Part shown: piece after piece, positions 52,236 through 64,000 of the stretch
Position numbering within the stretch: position 1 is the first letter of the stretch
How the letters are laid out: every line of letters begins with the position of its first letter
Assembly: GCF_006345805.1 (NCBI RefSeq)
Contig: NC_043013.1
Coordinates: forward strand, 48,794,001-48,858,000
Direction: 5' to 3'
Length of the DNA: 64,000 bases
Origin: Octopus sinensis
Taxonomy: Eukaryota
Program-made: the position numbers and the translations under genes
The notes under the pieces: generated by a model
The model's input: only the letters and a program-made list of their open reading frames with translations
The model's database searches: none
What the model was told of the DNA's origin: nothing

Positions 52236-52999
52236 TATATATCAGCGTCACTCGGGCCCATCACAGATTTCGCATAAGTCACATGCTTGCTCGAAGAATT
52301 TCATGTTTTTCCGCAATATTTCTAGCCCCAAAAGGCTTTTTTTTTTATATCTATCACTATGTATTCCTCCATTTCTAAGTTAAAGGCAAAAATAAAGCAA
52401 CCCTGTAAAACACGATTGATCTTTACACACAGACTCACAGAATAGCAGCAATCAAATAACGACAGCGGAGTGCACAGCAAATATCACCGATCTGACAAAC
52501 ATCACCGATCGCCTACGTCTTGACAAGAGATTGCTAGTTAGTCATTACTCCAACCAGGCTTGTTCGTATTAGCCCGAGCTGCTGGATATTTTTTTTTCCA
52601 TTAAGAATATTGTAGAACGGAAACTTTTCATTGGTTGGAATTTAAATCCTAATCCCTATAGAAATTTATTGTATCAAGGAAACATTAATTTTTACGATTA
52701 TAGATAACAACTCGAGCCCGAGTCAGTCGCGTGTGAACGATGTCAAGAGAACGTCTGCTACGAATGATATTTTTTGAAACATGGCACCTCTAAGAAGACC
52801 GCCAGACGCTGAACGAAAATAAACTGCGACCAGGCGCAATAATAGGAGCCCAAGTTATTGGCAGAAATTACATACTTGAAGTTAGTGTTGGCAGAAATTA
52901 AATCAGCTTGCAAATACTCGTTAACTTTAGTAAATTTATACTCGGGCTAAGCCCGAAGAGCGCGAGTGCCGGAGTCGACACTGATATAAATATATATAT

Positions 53000-53062
<63 letters not shown>

Positions 53063-53064
53063 TT

Positions 53065-53253
53065 AGGGGGAGAGTTTACGAAAAAAAAAAGACGAAGACA
53101 GGTGGTGTACAAAACAAACAGATGTATTAGTATAACGCTCAGGAATAGAAAAAGTATTTTACGTTTCGAGCCTATGCTCTTCTACAGAAAGGGACACAGA
53201 AAAAACAAGGAGGTAAAAAAATGTGTGTAGTGGCTAACGATCTATCATGGCAG
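53065..53253 (-). mobile_element. Repeat family D copy 4
   Basis: Reverse complement of the 3' half of 8118-8434. Confidence 0.88.
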
Positions 53254-53274
53254 ATAGATAGCTAGATAACATTT

Positions 53275-53600
53275 ATGGGCGCAGAAGTTGTGTATTAAGA
53301 ACTTTGCTCCTATCCACATGGTTCAGAAACACACACATATACATACATACATACATACATACATATATGTATGTATTTATATGAATGTGTATGTTTCTGT
53401 TTTTGCCTCCCATCACCACCTGACAACCGGTGTTGGTATGTTTACGTCTCTGTAACTCAGTAGTTCAGCTGAAAATATCAATAGAATAAGTACGAAGCTT
53501 AAAAACAATTAAAGTATTGGGTGCGGGACGATTTATTCGATTAAAAATCTTCAAGGCGGTGCCACAGCATGGCCGCAATCTAATGAAACAAATAAGAGAT
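53275..53600 (+). mobile_element. SINE family A, decayed and deleted
   Basis: ggcgcagaagt.., gtttacgtc..gtaac, agaataagtac, aaggcggtgccacagcatggccgca. Confidence 0.65.
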
Positions 53601-53680
53601 AAAAGATGAGATACGTAAAGAAGACTGTTGATTGTGAACGCATATAAAATAACACAAGCTTAAATGATACGAACAACTCA

Positions 53681-54020
53681 TTCCGTTTTCAAGACGGAAC
53701 CACTTCATGTCTTGAACTTTGTCTCCCTTGATTCGTTGTTGGATTTTGGGTACCTGGTCCGATCTGAGCAATTGCTGTTCTTATACGCATATTTTGACGT
53801 TTCCTTATCCGTACATGTGTGTATGTATTCACAGACACGCACGCACACGCACACACGGACACACGCATACACACACATACACACACACACACACATTCAT
53901 ATATATATATATGTATAAATGTATACACATATATATGCATACATATATAGGTATATATCTACGTATATGTATATATATAATATATATATACATATATACA
54001 TATCTATATGTGTATGTATG

Positions 54021-54085
<65 letters not shown>

Positions 54086-54328
54086 TATATATAATATATA
54101 TATATATATATAAATATGTAAATATACATATATATATATACGCATGTACACATATACAAAAACACACATATGTATATATATATGTATATACATATATGTG
54201 TGTGTGAGTGAGGGGGTTCTATACTTATATATATGTACATATTTATATATTCATACATACGTAGAAACATACACACACAGACTCATCCGTTTATATGCAT
54301 ACATGTTTCTGTCTCCCCCCCTCTCTCA

Positions 54329-54378
<50 letters not shown>

Positions 54379-54607
54379 CTTCGAAACACGGAGTAGACGA
54401 AACAGAGGCGGTTGAAGAAGAGGAATTTTCCTTGTGTTGTCTGTCTTTTACTCTGCTTTTTCTGGTTTTGGTTTTGTTTTCGTTTCTCATTGTATTCGAC
54501 GTTTCTTTTGGTGTCCTGTCCCCATATATGCATGTATATATACATATAGATGTAGGTACGTACATATATGTATGTATATATGCATATGTTTTATTTATTA
54601 TTTTATT

Positions 54608-54663
<56 letters not shown>

Positions 54664-55513
54664 ATGTATATATATATACATACACACATACATACACACA
54701 TACATACATACATACATACATACATAAACACATACACATATACATAAGGCAGACTCACATATCAATTCATCCATCTAATTCTTCTAGGCGCCAAGTCCGT
54801 TGGAGAACTGAATTTATTTTACTAATTATCTTCACTTCTCCCAACCAGGATATTTTTCTTTGGCCCGTCCAGTATAGAATTAAACATTGCATTGTTTTCT
54901 TGGATTTGGTGAACCTAGTTGCACCAATCTCCTTTCCAGGATATAGGTACTGTTGTTGCCCATTTCAGTTTATGCTTTTAAAGCTGCTATGTAATTATGA
55001 GCCCTTGTTACTGAGTAAGCTCCGTTTTAGTCGCCGACCGCCTAGCCAGGAGTAAGTGGTACTGGATTACATGGATAACAACAGATTTCTGTCAGCCTGT
55101 GATAGAATCTCTCCTGTTCTCACTCGCACACACACTCTTACACACACGTACCACAAAAGAGTCAGCTGGTATGAGTGATGAATCCACTGATTTAACCACC
55201 GGACATCCCCCAACCGCATTGAACTCCGCCCTATATTCCTCTGTATCGGATTGCTCTGTGGTCTTTTAGGCGAGTCCAATAAAGGCGATTTTTGTGCTAA
55301 CTGCACTATTTTATGAATCCATATACTACTACTACTACTACTGCTACTACTACTACTACTACTACACACGCACTCACACACATATGTATATATGTGAATT
55401 CAATACACTTATAAGAACAATAATTGCTCAGATCGGACCAGGTAACCAAAATCCAACAACGAGCCAAGGGAGACAAAGTTCAAGACATGAAATGATTCCG
55501 TTTTGAAAAGAGG
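53681..55513. repeat. Inverted pair of a ~107-bp element (53681-53787 and 55407-55513) enclosing microsatellites
   Basis: ttcatgtcttgaactttgtctcccttg..tcgttgttggattttgg.tacctggtccgatctgagcaatt is present once on each strand. Confidence 0.88.
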
Positions 55514-55560
55514 GGGATCATACACACACACAGGCACGCCCGCACGCACACACACGCACA

Positions 55561-55596
<36 letters not shown>

Positions 55597-55622
55597 CACA
55601 CACACGCACGCACACGCACACG

Positions 55623-55698
<76 letters not shown>

Positions 55699-55741
55699 TA
55701 TAGTGGTTGTTACCACCGCAACATGGCTGTTCCGTACAGAA

Positions 55742-58230
55742 TAAGGCTCGCAAAAAAAACCGATAATTCCCTTCACCGAGTTTAACTATAAGTAATTCTC
55801 AAAACCGGTTAAAAACCGGTTTTCGCGGATTTTGAGCGTGTCCCTGTACCGAAGAAGTAAACAGGTTGACTGATATCCACAAAAAATAATGGTATTATAT
55901 TTATTTAATCAGGAATGCAACGTTTTTCCAAGTCGTTGTACATTTGAGAATCAATCAAGTTTCTTGACTTGCTTGATGATTCACTTTCCTTCGAAAATAA
56001 TCTTTTAAAAAACGCAATGCATTCAGTGTTTTACCTGACAAACTTGTCCTAATTTTTGTGTTGAAAAGTTCAGTAATTGAAAAAGCTCTTTCCGACTGGA
56101 AACTAGTTGCTTTAGTTGTAAGCAAAGCTCTATAAAGTTTCTCGAGCTTTTCACTTCTGTTCGAAGTTGCTTCAAAATATTCGAATCCATCTGTTACTAT
56201 CTTGGGATCTTCATTCATTTTCTTCATTGCGCTTGTGTATTCACGCATGAGTCCATTACCTTCGTAAGTAGATGGTACAAAACTAACACTTGTTTTTAGG
56301 TTCCCTCCTATTTCATTTTCTTTGTATAATTCTGTTGTGTTCTCAGCATCATGTTCAAGAAATAATCTCCTATATGTTTGTTCAGCATACTTCCTTAAAT
56401 GTTGTTTCGTTAAAAAAAGAAAAGGTCCAGAAATTGATTCACCTTTAAATTTCCTTGAGTTATGTAAATACCTCAAGAGAGTCAATGTTTTGACGTTTCT
56501 TCTCATATTATATCTATGCATAAGTCTTTCACGAAGATTTAGAGTCAAAGGGTTGCCGACGATATTAAGTTTATTCAATAAAAATTCTATAGAATATTCC
56601 GCTTTCAGTAAATCCGCATCATCAGCACAAATAGTCTTCAAAATAATTTCTACTGGGGGCAGAATTTCATATAGTAAATCGAGAGATTTCCATTCTTCGT
56701 CAGCTACGGCATCTGTGGAAAGTACTGCTCGTAGAGCATTTGGAATGCAGCTTTTCAATTTCAAAAATTTCTCGATCATATGGAATGTGCTATTCCACCT
56801 AGTTCTGCAATCCAGTATAAGTTTATATTCTCTGCTGTCAAAGTTCGCTCGTACAAAATCTTGCAAAATTTAATTTTTTGTGGGAGATTTACGGAAAAGT
56901 TTTGAAATTTTTCTTACCTTATTTAAAACATTGTTAAATTCAGGTTTTAGTTGGGGTAAGCAAGCATTTTCGTGAGCCAAATCTGTTTGAAAAAGTATGT
57001 CTTGTTGGCTTATGTCAGCTTCATCATCACTATCGTCTGTTATAGCGATCTCATCACTTTTTTTATCAGTCTCATCGGTTGAGGCAATATTTTCAATATT
57101 TTTTTTGATAGAGAATGTCGATCACAGACAGATTATGCAATGTGTGAGACATTGTTGATGATCAGGTCTTATTTCTTTTCCGAATTTCACCATCATAGAA
57201 ACATCGTCATACAGCCAACAATGTGTATATCCAAATCTAATCCAAATTCACGAAGATGTCCTTTCACCAATTGCTCTGTTCTCCTGCTATTAAGGGAGCC
57301 ATGGATCTCAATAAGACCAAACTCCCAATGACTATCTTTCCCATGAACATTTATGTTCATATATCGTTTATTTCGAAATAATGAATAAGTTCTTCTTTCT
57401 TGGTTATGTAATAATTCATTACCATATTCCTGACTCCATTTGCAAATGTTGGTTGTAATTTATCATATTTGTTTCTCTGACTATGAAAATTTCTCTGTAT
57501 AAAATCGCTTTTCGCGATTGAATTGAAAGAGAATCAATCCATAGCAGCTAACTTTGAAACTTCTTCTACTGATTCCTTTGTTAAAAAGTGTTCCATTGTT
57601 GTTGTCATTTTCACAGGAGGCTGGTTTGCATCTTGATTTATGTTGATTTGATGAATTTTCTTCAAGTGCAAGATCAGAGACGTAGTAGATCCTCCAGAAG
57701 ACTTCATGATCTTATCACACTTATTGCATTGAGCTTCATCTTTGTTTTTCCTATCGAAAAATTTCCAAACAGTTGATTTTCTTTTTTTATCATGCTAGGG
57801 CTAATGAAAATAATTAAGAAAAAATTTAGTTAGTGTTATTTCCTTGAAATGAATCTGTAACTGGTTATTACATATGCTCAACGAGAAAGATCACCTGACT
57901 GAAGACTAACAGCATCCCCTTGACTTGCTATTAATAAATTCTGTTACCTCCAAATTCAAAGAGTCAGCCAGGGGTTAGCGAAGGAAATGACAAGGTGCTG
58001 ATCTAAGGTTCAAGGGGAGAGAATGTGAGAACTGATATGTTGCGATATGTTTCAATGAAACAGACAGTACTCTCAATTAAAGGCGACCGACAACAGTTCA
58101 GTTTCAACGATATTTCTTCAAAAGAAAAATATTTGCGAAAAAAAAAATAGAAACAGCAAGCATTAAAATCGGTTTTGGCAAATCCGTTTCGGTTTTACTG
58201 ATCATAATATAAAACCGGTTTCGAGGCCTA
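55742..58230 (-). mobile_element. Full-length decayed hAT transposon (2489 bp) with 8-bp TSD GTACAGAA
   Basis: GTACAGAA occurs at 55734-55741 and 58231-58238. The imperfect TIRs are TAAGGCTCG and TAGGCCTCG, with AACCGG subterminal repeats. The transposase is in pieces, including MNINVH, SLGLIEIHGS and HQQCLTH. Confidence 0.92.
55955..56866 (-). pseudogene. hAT transposase C-terminal 303-codon open segment
   Basis: DCRTRWNSTFHMIEKF and ATSFQSERAFS..KIRTSLS motifs. The upstream part carries stops and frameshifts. Confidence 0.92.
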
Positions 58231-58643
58231 GTACAGAACAATGTTACTACTCTTTTTTAACCCCAGGAGGGCACCTCCTCCAGCTGGTTAATGACACACT
58301 ATCAGTGTCCGTTATATTGCACACAAGAGACCGAACAACTCTCAACCAGCATTGACAGGACTAGTAGACCAGCCGGTTTAAGGGCCCTACCCTTTCTCAG
58401 TACTGTGCACTTGTCTGCTAGACGTGGCAGTCATTCTTCCCAGATCGCAATATATCAATAAATAAGCGACATTCAGCCGCTGATCTTGCAACAAGCAAAG
58501 TAGCTAGTTCCAACTGAGAAGTAGCAACATCGTACTGTACGAAACAACCACGTTGAGGTGCTAACAACCATTACTTTTCGGTAAAGTTACTACTTGGGTC
58601 TCTTATAGAGATTTTAGAACTAACTACTTCGCTTCATCATATA

Positions 58644-58699
<56 letters not shown>

Positions 58700-58703
<4 letters not shown>

Positions 58704-58860
58704 CGTAATCACCGTGACCGACCGAAAAAGAAGTAGCGCTGGTCAAAATGCGCTTCGCATTGTTTAGCCTTCAAATGACGCCACCTCACTGGCTAAGCGG
58801 GCAGGCCAAATAGAAGAAAGAGTGAGAGAAAGTTGTGGCGTAAGAGTACAGCCAACGGTA
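58700..58860 (-). mobile_element. 3' part of a SINE family B variant
   Basis: The reverse complement contains ctgtactct..ccacaactttctctcactct, shared with family B. Confidence 0.65.
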
Positions 58861-58886
58861 CACACGCGGTCACGGTCCAGTATCTC

Positions 58887-58949
<63 letters not shown>

Positions 58950-58996
58950 TATAATATATACACAGACACACATACACATATATATACACACACAGT

Positions 58997-59378
58997 GGAG
59001 GCGCAATGGCCCAGTGGTTAGGGCAGCGGACTCGCGGTCATAGGATCGCGGTTTCGATTCCCAGACCGGGCGTTGTGAGTGTTTAATGAGCGAAAACACC
59101 TAAAGCTTCACGAGGCTCCGGCAGGGGATGGTTGTGATCCCTGCTGTACTCTTTCACCACAACTTTCTCTCACTCTTACTTCCGGTTTCTGTTGTACCTG
59201 TATTTTCAAAAGGCCGGCCTTGTCACTCTCTGTGTCACACTGAATATCCCCGAGAACTACGTTAAAGGTACACGTGTCTGTGGAGTGCTCAGCCACTTAC
59301 ACGTTAATTTCACGAGCAGGCTGTTCCGTTGATTCGGATCAACCGGAACCCTCGTCGTCGTAACCGACGGAGTGCTTC
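58997..59378 (+). mobile_element. tRNA-derived SINE family B, full length
   Basis: Near-identical to 24399-24780. Confidence 0.92.
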
Positions 59379-59440
59379 TCTCTTATATATACACACACGC
59401 ACATACACATATATATATATACACACATATACATGTATGT

Positions 59441-59603
59441 GCGCAGGCGTGGCTGTGTGATAAGAAGCTTGCTTCCCAACTATATGGCTCTGAGCTCAGT
59501 TCCATTGCGTAGCACCTTGGGCAAGTATCTTCCACTATAACCTCGGGCCGACTAAAATCTTGTGAGTGGATTTGGTATACGGAAACTGAAAGAAGCTCGT
59601 CGT
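59441..59603 (+). mobile_element. SINE family A, 5' half
   Basis: gcgcaggcgtggctgtgtg..gcaccttgggcaagt..ggaaactgaaagaagc. Confidence 0.85.
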
Positions 59604-59763
59604 ATATGTGTGTACGTGTATGTGTGCGTTTGTGTGTGTGTGTGTGTGTGTGTGCGCGCTCGCTCGCTTGTGGTATGTGGTATGTGTCAGTGTGTGTATA
59701 TGTGCGAATATATATATATATATATATATATCTACATATAAATATATATATGTATATATATAT

Positions 59764-59826
59764 ATCAATTTAGGGTAGCAAAAAATTCAATAGAAATTTA
59801 TCGCTACCAGCGGTCTAGTGGGAATG

Positions 59827-59880
<54 letters not shown>

Positions 59881-60074
59881 TGTTATATATATATATATAT
59901 ATATAATATATATATATTGGCTGTTATTTCTAGTGGGTGAATGGCCTATCATGGCCGTTCCTTGATTGTTGATGTTGAACTTAAAAATGGTCTATGACTA
60001 TTTAATTTTTTCCCACTAGGCCGCTGGTGGCAAAAAGAATTCTACAAAATTTTTTTCTGCCACCCTATATTGAT
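59764..60074. mobile_element. MITE-like element with imperfect TIRs and an internal (TA)n; its right half is repeated at 60410-60570
   Basis: atcaatttagggtagc..ctaccagcggtctagtgggaa versus ttcccactaggccgctggtggc..gccaccctatattgat. 59917-60078 is nearly identical to 60410-60570. Confidence 0.75.
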
Positions 60075-60565
60075 TAATTATGAATTTTCTGGTTAATTCC
60101 GTAATGGAATCGACGGCTTATATTTATTTGCTGCCGATAAATTGGCGCGAGTGCGACGATTTGAAAATTTTAGGTCAGATATTACCTTGGCAGGGTTTGA
60201 AATGCCTCGTGTGAAAATATCTGTTCCGACTTGGCTATTTCTTGCTGAAGAATCTGAGGGCCTATGGAAGATTGGCTTGATTTAATTTAATCAGGTTAGT
60301 TTACCATTAAACAGCAGATGAAACGGTGCATCGTACAAGAAATTACAGGGTAAATGTTTTTTAAATTTTCTCCTGTTTGCGGAATTAATCTTTATTTGCG
60401 GTTGAAGCTTTGGCTGTTATTTCTAGTGGGTGAATGGCCTATCATGGCCGTTCCTGATTGTTGATGTTGAACTTAAAAATGGTCTATGACTATTTAATTT
60501 TTTCCCACTAGGCCGCTGGTGGCAAAAAGATTCTACAAAATTTTTTTCTGCCACCCTATTATTGA

Positions 60566-60643
<78 letters not shown>

Positions 60644-61204
60644 ACCTATACACATATGCCGAGCTTAGTTTTATCTCTCACCTCTCTGGGCTTGAACTAA
60701 ATTACGCGTCAAGTAATGAGTTCGATTGTTTAATCGACAACAAAACCAGAAGAGCAAATCAATGCCGTCTTTAACTTTCTTCTGGCAACGGCAGCGTCGA
60801 AACGGGCGTTTTAGCTCTCGTCTGAACAATACCAGACGAGAAGAGAAGGCAAACCTGCTGTACAGACAACTGATGGTCTTTTAAACTTCTTTAACAATGT
60901 GACTGGCATTGAATACCTCAGTGCTGTCTCACCGTGCTCCATAAACACATATTAAAGCAAAGCTTTCCAGACGAGATAGCTATGGTCATATGAGATTTAC
61001 AGGTGTAAAAAACAAAAAAAAAAATAAACATGCGAAGGGTAAATGAATGCATATATGCATACGTATACATAGATACATGCAGAAACCCATCCGACAATAC
61101 ATATCTTTCTCTCTCTATTCCTGTCTGTGTGTGTGTATACATCCATACATATGTGTGTTCGCATATAAATATATTCATGTATATATGTATATATATATCT
61201 TTTT

Positions 61205-61495
61205 TTTTATCTTTTTATCTTTTACTTGTTTCAGTTATTTGACTGTGGCCATGCTGATGCACCGCCTTTTAGTCGAGCAAATCGACCCCGGGACTTATTC
61301 TTTGTAAGCCCAGTACTTATTCTATCGGTCTCATTTTGCCGAACCGCTAAGTGTCAAGTGTCGGGGACATAAACACACCAGCATCGGTTGTCAAGCGATG
61401 CTAGGGGGACAAACACAGACACACAAACATATACACGCACACACATATATATATATATACATATATACGACAGGCTTCTTTCAGTTTCCGTCTAC
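61205..61495 (-). mobile_element. SINE family A, 3' two-thirds
   Basis: Reverse complement of the family A body and tail. Confidence 0.9.
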
Positions 61496-61576
61496 ATATA
61501 TATATATATATATATTATATATTAATATATATATATAGTATATATAATATATATATATATATAATATATATATATA

Positions 61577-62935
61577 TTAAGGTATGTAGAAAAATACAAC
61601 ATGGACAAGAACGTATAACTCTTAGAAGACGGTACAATAAACATGGACAAGACATTCGAAACCCTCAGTCTTCAGTCAAGAACCGGATCATCGTAGTAAT
61701 TTCGGCTGATTAATCTTGAGATTACTAGATCACGGCCAGCCCTCCAAGAAAAACTAAGCAACGAGCATTAGAAAAACTAAGCTGGAAGCGTAGATTTCCT
61801 GGAAGAAGGATCGAATGCATACGAACACCAGGACAGCAAAAGGGACAGATATAAAAAAAACAAAAAACAATAATGGAATACAGAAACATGAAATACAGAA
61901 GCATAACGGTGAACGGTGAAAACAACAGGTGTCTTACGACTGATAACAAGCAAACAAATTTTTTCTCTGGCGCATTGGAAGAAGCTTTATAGCGGCGGAC
62001 GAAAAACAACGATGTTAACACGACGAGGGTCGGAGCGGAGTGAAAGGCAGATTTCGGCCAACAGTCACGTGACAGAGAAGAGGGAAAAGAAAAGAAAGGA
62101 AGCAAAGGGAAGAGAGAGAGAGAGGAGGGACCAAACGCAACAAAGAGAGAAGAGAGAGAAAGAAGGAATCAGAGAGGAGAAGGGATGGGTGTCGAAGAAT
62201 GACCTGTGAGTGCAGAGCGAGACAAAGAAATAGGAGGGTAGTGGAAGACTAGACCAAAGAATCAGAGGAAAGAGAAGAGAAAAAGAGGATGAGTAGAGAG
62301 AAAAGAGAGAGAGGGGGACAGATCAAGTAAAATGAGAGAGAGAGAGACAAACAGAGAGTCGTACCAATTATTAAGAATATGTGCTCACATAATGATAAGG
62401 GGGGTACGGGGCGCCTGGAATATATGTTAAGGTATGTAGAAAAATACACATGGACAAGAACGTATAACTCTTAGAAGACGGTACAATAAACATGGACAAG
62501 ACATTCGAAACCCTCAGTCTTCAGTCAAGAACCGGATCATCGTAGTAATCGGCTGATTAATCTTGAGATTACTAGATCACGGCCAGCCCTCCAAGAAAAA
62601 CTAAGCAACGAGCATTAGAAAAACTAAGCTGGAAGCGTAGATTTCCTGGAAGAAGGATCGAATGCATACGAACACCAGGACAGCAAAAGGGACAGATATA
62701 AAAAAAAACAAAAAACAATAAGGAATACAGAAACATGAAATACAGAAGCATTAACGGTGAAAACAACAGGTGTCTTACGACTGATAACAAGCAAACAAAT
62801 TTTTTCTCTGGCGCATTGGAAGAAGCCTTATAGCGGCGACGAAAAACAACGATGTTAACACGACGAGGGTCAGGAGCTGAAAGGCAGATTTCGGCCAACA
62901 GTCACGTGACAGAGAAGAGGGAAAAGAAAAGAAAG
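61577..62935 (-). mobile_element. Two near-identical ~520-bp direct repeats (61577-62100 and 62427-62935) around a purine-rich spacer; possible PLE pLTR arrangement
   Basis: The duplication is read directly (period 850). The spacer reads YSRRPVPPLSLCEHIFLI on the minus strand, loosely like the C.LC..E end of PLE GIY-YIG domains (weak). Confidence 0.7.
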
Positions 62936-62939
62936 AGAT

Positions 62940-62941
62940 AA

Positions 62942-62989
<48 letters not shown>

Positions 62990-63004
62990 ATATTGATATA
63001 TAAT

Positions 63005-63053
<49 letters not shown>

Positions 63054-63129
63054 TATAAATACATATATTATATATATATATATTATATATACATATATAT
63101 ATAGTATATATATATATATATATATATAA

Positions 63130-63179
<50 letters not shown>

Positions 63180-63251
63180 AACATATATCTATATATATAT
63201 ATATATATATATAAATAAAACATCTATATATATATCTATATTATACAATAC

Positions 63252-63350
<99 letters not shown>

Positions 63351-63431
63351 CGTATAATATATTATATATATATATAGAATATATATATATATATATAATA
63401 TATATATATATAATATATATATATTACATAA

Positions 63432-63470
<39 letters not shown>

Positions 63471-64000
63471 CTATATATATATATATATATATAATATAAT
63501 AACTATATATATATATGTATATATATATTATATATATATGTATATATACATATTAATATATATATATATATATATATATAACTACAATATAATATATATA
63601 TATATATATAATATATAATACATTATATATACATATATATACATAATTATATATATATATAACTATATATATAATATACGGTAGATATATTATACATACA
63701 TTATATATAGTATCTATTATAGGTATATATATATTATATATACTATATATATATGTATATATATATGTAATATATAACATATATATATGTATATATAATA
63801 TGTATAGATTACATATATATATATATATATGTATATAATATGTATATATATATATCTATATATAAATATTATATATATATATTATTTAATATATATATAT
63901 TAAATACTATATACGTATATATATATATATATATACATATTATATATATATATCATATATATATATATTATATATATATATATATATACCATATAATATA
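62940..64000. repeat. >1-kb degenerate (TA)n tract running off the window
   Basis: Read directly. Confidence 0.98.

Noticed and set aside
54368-54520. cttcgaaacacggagtag segment resembling a PLE terminus
   Set aside because: The upstream part is replaced by (TA)n, so neither a ribozyme core nor a family can be established from this window.
61640-61676. CUGAAGA..CGAAUGUC on the minus strand as a hammerhead
   Set aside because: It has GAAU instead of GAAA, no helix II and a poor helix I. It is kept only as a comment in the repeat finding.

Overview
AT-rich, repeat-dense animal genomic DNA. The SINE families, microsatellite load and LINE types are most consistent with an octopus or other cephalopod; this is an inference, no database search was run. 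I could not support any intact host protein-coding gene, tRNA or rRNA. Most ORFs in the supplied track are translations of microsatellites. The window is a mosaic of: decayed non-LTR retrotransposons (RTE, CR1/L2-like, an R4/Dong-like restriction-endonuclease element, possibly CRE), Penelope-like (PLE) remnants, at least three decayed hAT transposons (one delimited by an 8-bp TSD), several MITEs, three multi-copy tRNA-like SINE families, and long simple repeats. The most notable observation is a near-canonical minimal type I hammerhead ribozyme motif on the minus strand (7832-7874), inside a 314-bp foldback element with about 105-bp inverted arms. A four-copy repeat family also carries a variant-core hammerhead-like motif.
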